A program made the position numbers and the translations under genes. DNA of 64,000 nucleotides from Octopus sinensis (taxonomy: Eukaryota), in contig NC_043000.1 in the NCBI RefSeq assembly GCF_006345805.1, positions 22,320,001 to 22,384,000 of the forward strand, read 5' to 3'. The notes below the pieces were generated by a model. It saw only the letters and a program-made list of their open reading frames with translations. It did no database searches and had not been told where the DNA came from. The stretch's first letter is position 1; each line of letters opens with the position of its first letter. Positions 1-12,243 of this stretch are shown here, piece by piece.

Positions 1-630
1 TAGCCATGTATCTCCACCACAGCAAAACACCTGTGCTTGTCCCTCTATCATACTTCAGCCTTCAATACCTGACATAAATCTACCTCCTCATCTCTCAAAT
101 ACCATCCCTCTCAGTTAAGGGGCTTTTTTCCTTTTCTTTGTCTTCCAAGTTACTTGATGGCCTCACTAGTGCCAGTATTACAAAAAAGCACCCACAACAC
201 ACAGTAAAGTGGTTTGCATTAGGAAGGGCATAGAAACCACATAAAAGCTCACATTGGAGCTCAATGCAGCTCTATGGCTCAATGAATCCTGTCAAACCAT
301 CCAACCCATGTCAGCATAGAATACAGACATTAAAAGATGATGACGACGATGTACCTATGCAACCACAATGTAGATGCACAGATGTGAAAATTATATTAAA
401 CCAATGCTTTGTCTTAAAACTTAAATCATATTTTTTTATTTGCTTTTAGAGACATCATGAGCAGACATTTCAAATTTGAATCTGGGTGACTGGTTGCTTA
501 ATTTGCTAGATGTATTATCTATCTTTTATATGTGTCAGCCATTGGACTACGGCCATGCTGGAGCACTGCCTGGAAGGGCTTAGTCAAACAAATCAGCTCC
601 AGCATTGTTTTTAGAGTCTGAGGTTTATTA

Positions 631-632
<2 letters not shown>

Positions 633-667
<35 letters not shown>

Positions 668-870
668 TAATAATAATAATAATAAGGAAATTATTATATA
701 GTGCTCAGGTGCACCACAACTTGTCAAAAGTGCATATAAAGCATGTGCAGTAATGTACAAATGTCTGGAAAGTGAACAGTGTATGAGTCAGATACATGCT
801 TGCATGTGTATGGAGGGGAGAAAATCAGGTGTAGTGTTGGCGAATCTCAGGAAGCATGGAAGTTTTGAAG
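633..870 (-). mobile_element. 3' end of CR1/L2-clade LINE with (TTA)n tail, copy 1
   Basis: Near-identical to 3630-3960 and 42300-42640; (AAT)n run on the plus strand forms the tail. Confidence 0.75.
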
Positions 871-1789
871 TTATTCTACCAGTCTCTTTTGTCAAATTGC
901 TAAGTTACAAGGATGTAAAATAAAAAACCAACACCTGTTGTATTCAAAAATTGCTATTTGTAACAAATCTAGTTTCTGAAATGCTGATACAGTTAGCATT
1001 TTACTAATTAGCACAAAATTCCAGTGTTGCTTAGGAAGTACCCTACTTTGATATCCAAGAAGGGTGTACGCACGGGTTCAGAATTGTTTATTCAGTGCAT
1101 GCAATGGTAAACAATTAGCACAGTAGTATCACTAGCAGACTGACGGGGAACTAGGATTTTAGATGTACCTGCTCAGGTAACCCACTACAAACTTTAGATG
1201 GTTTCTGTTACCTAGGTGACCTTATTATTTTTGTACTGAAAGTATAGTGACAAAAGTAAGAAGAAAATAGAAGTTTAGTAGCAAAAGAATGTTTTATTCT
1301 CAATGCAAAGGGCAGACAATATAAACTAAACTATATTTGGCTGCAGTTTCTAGCTTGTGATGCAACCTTATAGAGGCTCCCACCTAGTAAAACCACATAT
1401 ATGTATGGGCTTGTATGTGTGTATGTTGTATGTGTTGTAAAATATATATCAGTATGTAAATATACCACATCTGAAAACATCTGATAGAGAACTCTGTATG
1501 TTGGGTAGAGTGGACAGATATGTTTATTACACCCTTTCTGGTGTAATAGTCTACTTAAGTCTCGAGCACATGCATATGACTGAATATATTTCTGTGTGTG
1601 TGTGTGTGTATTCTTTTACATGTTTCAGTCATTTGATTGCGGCCATGCTGGAGCACTGCCTTAAAGGGTTTTAGTTCAAGTTCAAGAAATTGACCCTAGG
1701 ACAATCTCCACACCAACATTGGTTGTCAAGCAATTGTGGGGGGACAAACTCAGATACAAAGACACACACACACATAAATATATACATCT

Positions 1790-1925
1790 ACATACATACA
1801 TCTACATACATACATACATACATACATACATACATACATACATAACATACATACATACATACATACATACATACATACATACATACATACATACATACAT
1901 ACATAACCTACATACATACATACAT
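1790..1925. repeat. (CATA)n microsatellite
   Basis: Direct inspection; source of the spurious HTYI-repeat ORFs. Confidence 0.95.
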
Positions 1926-2274
1926 AATGTATGCTATAATGAATCCATAAACACATATAAAACATCCAAGGGTATATTTTTTTCCATTTGAAGATATTAT
2001 GCACAGGTCATAGAAATTTAATATTTAGTGAGTATTAATTAAAACAGCTGTAAAGACTGATGATTAATTTGCTGTTAATAAACAATTACTAACTTCCCAA
2101 TCTCTATTTTCTTTTTTTTCTTTTAAATAAATATAAACTATATGTTTTTTATATATATATACCTACTATTTTAAAGAAATTAATTTCCCCAAAATACTAG
2201 GTATTGAACCAGTATTTCCTTGGATGAAACCATCCCTTCATGAGGTTAACACAGCCTCTAATCAAAGTATGTGC

Positions 2275-2317
<43 letters not shown>

Positions 2318-2540
2318 GCTCTGTCTGGCACCTGTGCGGGTGGCACGTAAAAAGCACCCACTACACTCACGGAGTGGTTGGCGTTAGGAAGGGCATCCAG
2401 CCGTAGAAACACTGCCAGATTTGACTGGGCCTGATGAAGCCTTCTGGCTTCACAGACCCCAGTAGAACCGTCCTACCCATGCTAGCATGGAAAACGGATG
2501 CTAAACGACGACGACGATGATGATGATATATATATATATG

Positions 2541-2616
2541 ATAACAATTTAACAAATAAAACATATGCATACATACATATATGTACATACCTACATCTAT
2601 ATGTATATATACATGC

Positions 2617-2649
<33 letters not shown>

Positions 2650-2786
2650 GAGTACAGGACACCACAAATAAACGTAGAACACAATGAGAAATGAAAACAT
2701 AAAAACAAACAAGGAAACAGACTTTTTTATTGTTTGTTTTTATGTTTTCGTTTCTCGTGTTCTACGTTTATTTGTGGTGTCCTGTA

Positions 2787-2826
<40 letters not shown>

Positions 2827-2899
2827 TGTATATATACATATAGATGTAGGTATGTACATATATGTATGTATGCATATGTTTTATTTGTTAAATTGTTAT
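2541..2899. repeat. Long near-perfect inverted repeat (about 170-bp arms, 17-nt loop)
   Basis: 2541-2712 is the reverse complement of 2730-2899, including non-microsatellite sequence (gagtacaggacaccacaaataaacgtagaacac). Confidence 0.9.
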
Positions 2900-2960
2900 T
2901 ATATGATTGAACGCCTCGTGTCACTTTCTTATTTCTCCAAGTAAGTTTTTATATATATAG

Positions 2961-2991
<31 letters not shown>

Positions 2992-3628
2992 GGGAATTTT
3001 TCAGTTTCTGCCTACCAAATCCACTCAGAAGGATTTGGTTGGCCTGTGGCTATAGTAGAAGACACTTGCCCAAGGTGCCATACAGTGGCACTGAACCTGG
3101 AGCATGGTACCTGGAACCATGTGGTTGGAAAGCAAGCTTCTTACCTCACCAAATCAAATATTAAAAGTTGAACATTAACAATCGAACATGAAAAATGACA
3201 ATAACAAAACAACAAGAGGATGTATTTGTGGAATGTATCAGTTTGATGCTCAAGAAAGGTGGAAAATAAGAGAGGGTTTTTTTATGTTTTGAGCATAGCT
3301 CTTTGTCATAAAGTGGAGGAAGGAAAAGTCCAGAGAGGGAAAAATTTCAAGAACAGCATGTGTGTGGTTGCATGGCTGATATAACCAAGTGTTGAATATA
3401 GCTGTTAAAATGAGATGTCTATTACAAGTTTTAAATGGTTCATTTTTGCGTAATTTAAGCAACGATTTATTCTCAGTACCCTGTATATATGTTAATGTAT
3501 ATATATGTGTATACATTTCTTTGCACTCATTCCAAGTTTAAAACTGTATGCATGGCTTAATCTAAGATTATGTAACAAATGATGTGTAGCACATAATAAA
3601 TTCATAATGTTGCCAATGAATGAACTGT

Positions 3629-3629
<1 letters not shown>

Positions 3630-3669
<40 letters not shown>

Positions 3670-3960
3670 TAATAATAATGAAATTATTGTATACAGTGCT
3701 CAGGTGCACCACAACTTGTCAAAAGTGTGCATAAGGCATATGCAGTAATGTACAAATGTCTGGAAAGTGAACAGTGTATGAGTCAGATACATGCTTGCGT
3801 GTGTATGGAGGGGAGAAAATCAGGTGTAGTGTTGGCGAATCTCAGGAAGCATGGAAGTTTTGAAGGATGCAGTGCTCTGACAACTAGGAACTGATGCCGG
3901 CTGTTTGTTCCATACTTCAGCAACTCTTAGCGTTAAAAATGTTTTCGAAAGTCATGGGAG
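3630..3960 (-). mobile_element. 3' end of CR1/L2-clade LINE with (TTA)n tail, copy 2
   Basis: Minus strand encodes approximately SHDFRKHFLTLRVAEVWNKQPASV...SFKTSMLPEIRQHYT*, the F..RV...WN.LP terminal motif of CR1 ORF2. Confidence 0.8.
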
Positions 3961-4042
3961 CAAATTATTCAAATTAGAGTGACCAATTTAGCTGAGCCCT
4001 GATCCATGTTTGATGTAAACGGGTGTAAGCTGTCAGCCTCAC

Positions 4043-4133
4043 CAAGGCAGCAGAAAATGGTAGTAATTGTTCTCCTCTGAGTCTCTAAGGAGAGATGAAA
4101 CTAGTAAGGACATCTGCAAATGTTTTCTTTCCA
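4043..4133 (-). other. Candidate orphan coding exon of an unidentified minus-strand gene
   Basis: gcttttttatctttcag| 91-nt exon |GTGAGG; one open frame, ERKHLQMSLLVSSLLRDSEENNYYHFLLP; no family recognised. Confidence 0.3.
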
Positions 4134-4679
4134 CTGAAAGATAAAAAAGCATTTATTTACATTTGTCAACACTTGTTTACATTAGATGCAGCTGGCTAAA
4201 GTTGTAAGCATAATTTTCGTTAAAAAAATTCACACACACACACACGCACATGCACACACACACACGCACATGCACACACACACACGCACATGCACACACA
4301 CACATATTTATAGATACATATATATGTGTGTGTGTGTGGATGTATTTATATATATAGGTGTGTGAGTATGCATATGTTTCTATATATGTGTGTGGGAGTG
4401 CATGTATGTTTATATGTGTGTGTGTGTGTGGATAAAGCCTGGATATTCTGTCCATCATCTTCACTATATGTATAAGTGTATATAACAAGAGTTCCCAAAC
4501 ATGGCTCAAGGACTTCATATGGCCCTCAAGCATCCTTCCAGCAGCCTTCGATGGTCTTGCCTCTATGAATATAAAGAATTTTTCTTTAATTAATTTATGT
4601 TTTACTTTTGTTGGTGCAACCCCCTAAAATGAGCCAGGTTTTGAATCTGGTGCTCAATTAAACAGATTAAGAACCACTG

Positions 4680-4776
4680 ATGTATAGTGTATATATATAT
4701 ATATATTATATGTATAGTGTATATATATATATATATATAATATATATATAGATATATATATTATATGTATAGTGTG

Positions 4777-4808
<32 letters not shown>

Positions 4809-4825
4809 ATATTATATGTATAGTG

Positions 4826-4872
<47 letters not shown>

Positions 4873-4960
4873 CTACCTATCGATCCCTCTTTATATATAT
4901 ATTTACATATATAGATACATACCTATCCATTTATATATATATATACATACATACCTATCT
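4680..4960. repeat. Compound (TA)n / tatgtatagtg repeat
   Basis: Direct inspection. Confidence 0.9.
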
Positions 4961-5780
4961 ATTTATAAACACACAAACACACACCAAAACAGAATCCATA
5001 GAGACTAATTAGGTATGCACTTGCAAAAACTATTAGTAAAGCGTTAAATTTCTTAAATTTGTGGGCAATTGGGAAAAGTGTTTCCAACATTCAGACACAA
5101 TCCTTCTTTGGGGAGCAAGAAAAGGTGTTCTCCATTCCTAGTTTATGAGAACTTGGATACTGTAGGTAAGGGTAGAAAATTATTTGTTCTACATGTATGA
5201 AGGGAGTGGTCAGGAAGAGGAAATTAGTGGAAGAGAAAAGGAAAGAGAATTTGGGAGTGGTTGAGATGAAGAAAGAATGAGAGTAATGCAAGAGGAAGGT
5301 TAGACAAGGAAGGTAGAACTGGTGGTTTAAAGTAGGGAGGATATTTACCTCCTCTTTAGCAAAGGTGGAGGTATTGTTTTCAGTTGTGTTTGTTTGTTTG
5401 TCTGTGGACAAGATAGCTCAAGAACCACTGGATGGATTCGGATGAAACTTTCAGGGATGTTTGGCCTCATGACTGGCATGAACTGATTAGGTTTTGGGAT
5501 CGATTCGGTACTAGACATGGATTCTGGATTATTTTTCCTGCTTTTTTACTTAATTTTTGAGAGCGGTCAGGTTCATTTTTAATATTCTCATTTGTGAGAG
5601 CAGTTGAGTTTATTTCAGATATTCTCATTTTAAAAATCATCTCTGGCTAATAATCGTTGCAAGGACGCTGGTGTTGCCTTGGCTGAGGTTTGTGCTCTCT
5701 GCATGCTCTTGTTATTTTTTATTTTTACCTTGGCAGTGACAAGACTATCAATAGCCTTAGTTATTTTGCTAAGTTTAACT

Positions 5781-5842
5781 CCACCACCACTACCACCACC
5801 ACCACCACCACCACCACCGCCACCGCCACCACCACCACCACT
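5781..5842. repeat. (CCA)n microsatellite
   Basis: Direct inspection; explains the polyproline in ORF 5679-5984. Confidence 0.95.
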
Positions 5843-6029
5843 ACCTGGTTACTTTAGTGCAGTAGTTCCCAAACTTTTTCAGGCTGTCGCTCCCTTGAAA
5901 CTCGAACCAAATTCCTTGTGCCCCCACTCCACACACTCCCAGCACCACAAATGTAGCCCACTTTCTGCAGCAAATTCAAAATAATTCAAAATAATTTATT
6001 TCACAAATAAAACTTAACCTAATTAACCC

Positions 6030-6510
6030 ACTTAAAAGGCACCATTCGAGCGTGATCGTTACCAGTGTCGCCTTACTGGCACTCAAGCCCCGAGGTAGTA
6101 GAGTATTAAGAGCACCATCCAAGTGTGATCATTGCCAGAGCGGCTATCTGGCCTCCTTGCCGGTGGCACTTAAAAGGCACCATTCGAGCGTGATCGTTAC
6201 CAGCATCACTTTAAAGAGCACCATCCGAGCATGATCGTTACCAGCATCACCTTAATGGCACCTGTACCGATAGCATGTGTAAAAGATTTGAGCGTGGTTG
6301 TTGCCAGTACCGCCTGACTGGCCCTGTGCCAGTGGCACGTAAAAGCACCCACTACACTCACGGAGTGGTTGGCGTTAGGAAGGGCATCCAGCTGTAGAAA
6401 CTCTACCAGATCAGATTGGAGCCTGCTGCAGCCATCTGGTTCACCAGCCCACAATCAAATCATCCAACCCATGCTAGAATGGAAAGCAGACGTTAAATGA
6501 TGATGATGAT
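6030..6510 (+). mobile_element. SINE family C with irregular repeat array
   Basis: Repeated aaaggcaccattcgagcgtgatcgttacc units followed by the family C 3' module. Further copies at 2320-2525, 12350-12700(-), 13790-14060, 24760-25108, 27850-28120(-), 29870-30105, 36128-36470(-) and 57775-58140(-). Confidence 0.8.
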
Positions 6511-7609
6511 GCTCCACTCCATTCAGCCAGCAAAAATGAGTTGTACCTGTAACTGAAAGGGTCATCCTTGTCACACTCTGTGATATGCTGAATCTCCTTG
6601 AGAACTGTGTGAAGGTTATGTATTCCTTAAACCACTGACAACTCATTAACTAGAACTCTTCCAACGCCAAGGACATATATCTCTCACTCTGTCTTTCTCT
6701 GAAATAAATTATTGACATCACTGATTTTGAGGACGACAACACTTTTTGACTCTCACAGAAAATGAATCATTTGTAATCTTCAAGTCTTCACAATAATTTA
6801 TTTCATCCCTGACTGACATTCCATACACCCTTGATGTGTTTCTTCTATCAAACCATCAGTCTCTGCACTTATTGGGTAATCCAATTACTACCTAATCTCT
6901 ATCATCCACAACATAGACGGCAAGCTGGCAGAATTGTTGGTGCATAGGATAAAATGTTTAACAACATTTCTTGTGGCTCTTCACAATCCCTCTGACCTAC
7001 ATAACGTTCTGTCTTACTTCAAATATCACAGAGGTGATGGAAGCAATCATTAACATCCATCTTCTCTGACACTTTGACTCCATTTCCTTCCTAATGATAA
7101 TCAGTGCAGCTTCTATAAAGTCAAATATACTGGAACTTGGTTTCCTGTAACCAGTGAGCTCTAGTGCTTGAAAAATTCGGTAAAAACATGACTTCAGTAA
7201 ACATTTGACCATATCTGCCACACAAATCCCCAAACCAAGCTGCCCAGCTTTGGGTTCCATCCATCTCTCAGATCAGAGACATTGACGTATTTATTTCTTT
7301 ATTGCCCTCAAGGGGCTAAACATAAAGGGGACAAACAAGGGCAGACAAAAGGATTAAGTTGTTTACATCAATGGCAGTGTGTAACTGGTACTTTTTTAAT
7401 CGACCCTGAGAGGATGAAAAGCAAAGTCGACCTCAACAGAATTTGAACTCACAATGTAACAGCAGATGAAATACCTATTTCTTTACTACCCACAAGGGGC
7501 TAAACACAGAGAGGACAAACAAGGACAGACAAACGGATTAAGTTGATTATATCGACCCCAGTGCATAAGAAAAGGAGAAAGAGAGAGAAAAGAAAGAAAA
7601 AATGAGAGA

Positions 7610-7905
<296 letters not shown>

Positions 7906-8559
7906 ATTGCAATGAGAGATGATAAGGAATTGTAAGGTCTAGCATTTTTAGGGGAGAATGTTGTTTTATAGACGTGTTGTTTGTCAATATTACTGATGTT
8001 AAAAACAAAAACATAGACAACCCTGTTATTCTGTAAACTTAATCTATTTCTACTAGATCACAGAGGTATGCATTCGGGATGCGCTATTAATATGCCTGTA
8101 GACTATTTCTACTTCACATTTCCTATTAATAGACAGAGCATACTATCACTTAAACATATGGTGTTCATTTTATAAAAAAAAATCTTCAAGTTTACCTCAT
8201 GTTCAACACACCTTTTTCTATATGTAATATATTACAGATTGGGGGTTCGTAATTCTATTTAAAACAACACCCTTATCAAATAGGTTATTTGGGAAGAGAA
8301 TGCAGTTATTTACTGGGTATGAAGGTCAGGACAAGGTAACAAAGAACCATCAGTTCTCTGTGTGATACACGAAAAATAAACAAGAATACCTTGAGAATTT
8401 CACACCAAACATTCACCTTAATATAGCTGTGTATTTTCTGCATAATTTTCTGGCTTCCTGTAACATTTTTTTTTAGTTTTATTATAAATCTATGACTATT
8501 ACAACAATAAGTTACAAAACTTTTACGTCTGTATATATATACATATTGTAGCTCAGGAG

Positions 8560-8591
8560 ATACACACACACACACACACAATATATATATA

Positions 8592-8641
<50 letters not shown>

Positions 8642-9076
8642 TACACTTTAATGTTAGCCAAAAGGCTAATATAATATATATATATTTATATATATAGACA
8701 TACACATATATTTATATATATGCACACATATACTTACATATATACATACATTATATATATGTATATATATACATATGTACACATACATATATATGCATAC
8801 ATTATACACACACACATGCATATATATTACATACATACACATACACACGCATATATATACACACATACATACACACACATATATGCATACATTATATATA
8901 CATACACACACGTGTATACACATATACATATATATATATACAAATACACATACACACATATATATATATATATATATACATATGCACACATGTATATACA
9001 CATATACATACATACATACATATATATATATACATATGCACACATGTATATACACATATACATACATATATATATA
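8560..9076. repeat. Compound (CA)/(TA)/(CATA) low-complexity tract
   Basis: Direct inspection. Confidence 0.9.
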
Positions 9077-9077
9077 A

Positions 9078-9414
9078 AGACCCCCTTCGGTCAAGCACTG
9101 ACCATGGGTTTGCACCTAGAGAGATACCCTCTGAGGCACAAGTCTGGGCAAGGTTGTTTTATGGAAGACCAGCAGTCGCCCATGCATACCGGCCTCCCCT
9201 CTCCACGTCACCGATGTTGTCCAAGGGAAAGGCAAGGGCCGATACAGCTTGGCACCTGTGACGTCGCAACTCATTTCTACAGCTGAGTGAACTGGAGCAA
9301 CGTGAAATAAAGTGCCTTGCTCAAGAACACAACACGCAGCCCCGTCCGGGATTCGAGCTCACAACCTCACGATCGTAAGCTCGACGCTCTAACCACTGAG
9401 CCATGCGCCTTCAC
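9078..9414 (-). mobile_element. tRNA-headed SINE with Meta/CORE-like central domain
   Basis: Minus-strand head ggcgcatggctcagtggttagagc..gagctcgaatccc (A and B boxes), then ttgagcaaggcactttatttcacgttgctccag; second copy at 31773-32099. Confidence 0.8.
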
Positions 9415-10295
9415 TATATATATATATATATACATACACATACATACACACACCTGCATACCTAATGTTAGTCTTTATATTTGCTTTTTTTTCCTTTTTG
9501 AATACCACAGATGATTGGGTACTTAAAAAAAAAAAAAATCACAATACACATTCTTGTAGAACTCTGGAATAATAGTAGAACAGAGAAAAGTATTTCAGAA
9601 AATACTGATGCAGCTATTCTCAGTTTTTCTACAGATCACTTGAAATATAACGAACACTATGAAAGTTTTTTTTCTTTTTTAAAATTTGAATAACTTTTAT
9701 TAAACAATTCTAAATTTTAAAACCTTACAAATAGGAGGGGGAAAATATCTGTCTCTCCATTCCACCAGTGATTTCAATTCGAACAACTTCCAGAGCCTGT
9801 CTGCATAACCAGTCCAAGAGGAATATTATTTTCTACTCTAGGCACAAGGCCAAAAAATTTGGGGGGGAGGGGGCCAGTCGATTAGATCGACCCCAGTATG
9901 CAACTGGTACTTAATTTATCGACCCTGAAAGGATGAAAAGCAAAGTCGAGCTCAACGGAATTTAAACTCAGAATGTAAAGACAGACAAAATACTGCTAAG
10001 TATTTTGCCCAGCGTGCTAATGTTTCTTATTTCTTTATTGCCCATAAGGAACTAAACATAGAGGGGACAAACAAGAACAAAGGGATTAAGTCGATTACAT
10101 CGACCCCAGTGCGTAACTGGTACTTAATTTATCGACCCTGAAAGGATGAAAGGCAGAATTTGAACCCAGAACGTAACAGCAGACGAAATACTGCTGAGCA
10201 TTTCGTCCGGCGCACTAACGTTTCTGCCAGCTCGCCGCCTTAGTCTAAGAGGAATATTGTAAATAAAGCAGATTAGAAGCAAGTCAAAATGGAGG

Positions 10296-10299
<4 letters not shown>

Positions 10300-10328
<29 letters not shown>

Positions 10329-10640
10329 CTCCATTTCACTTCTCAGAGCTCTTGATTTCTTTTGCTGTGGTTAATTCCGTAAGAGCAGACAGCAACCTGT
10401 TGTCAAAGGTCTCCCAGGGTCTCTTTCCAAAATACTTAACACCCAAGTACCAATCTCAAAATCCTAGCTGTCCCCAATAAAGCAGTTTTCTGGGCATGTT
10501 CTATTCTCATATCAATCCCAATTTCTCCAACAAATTTCTTAAACCTGGCTATTAAATGCTCCCAGTGCCCCTACAACTACTGGGATGACAGTTACTTTCT
10601 TCATTGCTGAACTGTGGGTTTATTTGGTGTCATTATATTC
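10300..10640 (-). mobile_element. 3' end of R4/Dong-like (restriction-like endonuclease) non-LTR retrotransposon
   Basis: Minus strand with one frameshift gives KKVTVIPVVVGALGAF / RFKKFVGEIGIDMRIEHAQKTALLGTARILRLVLGC*, then 3' UTR and an (ATA)n tail at 10300-10327. Confidence 0.75.
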
Positions 10641-10759
10641 AAGCCAGCTTTGAGTCTCTACATCTACACAGGAAAATTAGATGGTTTGAAAGACGAGCTA
10701 GTTTTTGATGGAGTTTCTCTATGTCTCCATTGAAGTCTAATCTCGGCTCCGTACCAATT

Positions 10760-10793
10760 AGATAATACAGTTCTATATAGAACTGTATTATCT
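10760..10793. repeat. Perfect 34-bp palindrome
   Basis: agataatacagttctatatagaactgtattatct is its own reverse complement. Confidence 0.95.
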
Positions 10794-11368
10794 GATCTGT
10801 GGGTTTATGTCGAACCTGCTATCGTGTGTAGGATGGATCTGGCTATCAGCTGAGTCTATAGTGAAGATTTCCCTGCCACCCTCCTTTGACTGGGAGGGGC
10901 AGGCAGTTTTTATCTGTCTGGTGGCTGTAACAAAAGAGGTAGTATGGTTGACTCGGCTGAAAGGGCTAAAGTCAGACACTTTCCTCTTTGGCCAAACCCT
11001 CATCAACTTCTTCAAGTTTCACTTGAAGAGGAAAGTGAGGGTGGAGAGGGAAATGTTGCCTTCTAGCAAGTTTGTCGAAAGGTGGGTGAATGTTGGAAGA
11101 ATGACCAGTGTGAAAGGACCAATTTTGAGCATACACCTGTGAAGAAATAAATGAAGAGCTCTTGCCCCGTTGATCAGGCACCTGTGGCCTTTGTGGGTTT
11201 TTCCATGAGGACCTTTAAAACACCTCCCACTATTGGGAGATTTTATTGTTTTCTTAATGTTTACACATGCTAAAACCCATTGTATCATCTTGTGTTGTCT
11301 TTTAATTTGTCATGTCATTTTATGTAAGTCCTTGTGGTTAATAAAAGAATGAATTATTATTATTATTA
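10760..11368 (+). mobile_element. 3' end of L1/Tx1-like LINE
   Basis: ORF 10807-11142 ends LINFFKFHLKRKVRVEREMLPSSKFVERWV, resembling L1/Tx1 ORF2 C-termini; AATAAA at about 11340 is followed by an (ATT)n tail. Confidence 0.55.
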
Positions 11369-12205
11369 ATGTCTATTCTAGAGTATACAGACTCCTTGCC
11401 AAATGAACTAAATATCTTTGTAGTTTTTAGTTTAAACAGTCTGCAGTTCTTGTGTGAATGCCCGATATTCTACATTTTATTTATGTTTACAATATTACAT
11501 AGCAAGTAAATGATATATTTTGTTGTGACTGTTCTTCTTTGTTGTAATTACGAAGTAAGATTTTAACACACCTGAGCTATCACCCTTATCATGACTAACA
11601 TCATCATCATCATTCCATTATATTTATATCACCTGCCTCATATTTGCACAGTGATGCACCAGATCTGACTTATCTATGAAAATATTTTTATCTTAAACCA
11701 GTGTGGTCTAACCTACACAAAGATGTTTGCTCAGAGAGAATCATATTTACAAAAATAAGGAAATATTTCAAAGATGACAATGTAAATAAAATTTGTTTTA
11801 ATTCTAAATTACATATTTCCAACATGGTAATGGATCTGTGTTGTACAATTTTAACACAATTGTTGTGCAAGTCAATATTCTTGTCATAAAGATTTGGTCT
11901 TCATTTCTTTTGTAGTAAAATACATCAAAACTGTCCAGGAAAGGACAATACAAGAGCAAAATGATTTACCTTAAATAGGCATACACACCACACACATAGA
12001 TATATATATATATACACGTCAAGATCATCAGCCCTCTTTCACACACACATACATACTCTCTTACACACACACGCACCTTTGTTTTGGGATCACTACTACT
12101 TTGTTATCTCCCCTACTTCTTAGCTCTCCTGTGTGACTCTTCTGTCTGGCATTCGCCATGATAGATCGCTAGCCACTACACACATTTCTTTTTTCTCTCC
12201 TTATT

Positions 12206-12243
12206 TCTTTCTGTGGAAGAGCGTAGACTCGAAATGTTAAAGA
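12206..12243 (+). ncRNA. Minimal hammerhead-like motif (family 2) in repeat 12100-12335
   Basis: UCUUU-CUGUGGA-A-GAGC-GUAG-ACUC-GAAA-UG-UU-AAAGA; the same repeat occurs inverted at 19741-19900 and partially at 15450-15510. Confidence 0.45.

Noticed and set aside
5679-5984. ORF with hydrophobic N-terminus and polyproline resembling a secreted or extensin-like protein
   Set aside because: It starts within a repeat remnant, the polyproline is a (CCA)n microsatellite, and the end is a hAT-like terminus (cagtagttcccaaac).
9340-9414. Possible tRNA genes at SINE heads (also 21120-21177, 31310-31375, 60240-60310)
   Set aside because: They have A/B boxes but no complete cloverleaf or acceptor stem, and they continue directly into SINE bodies.
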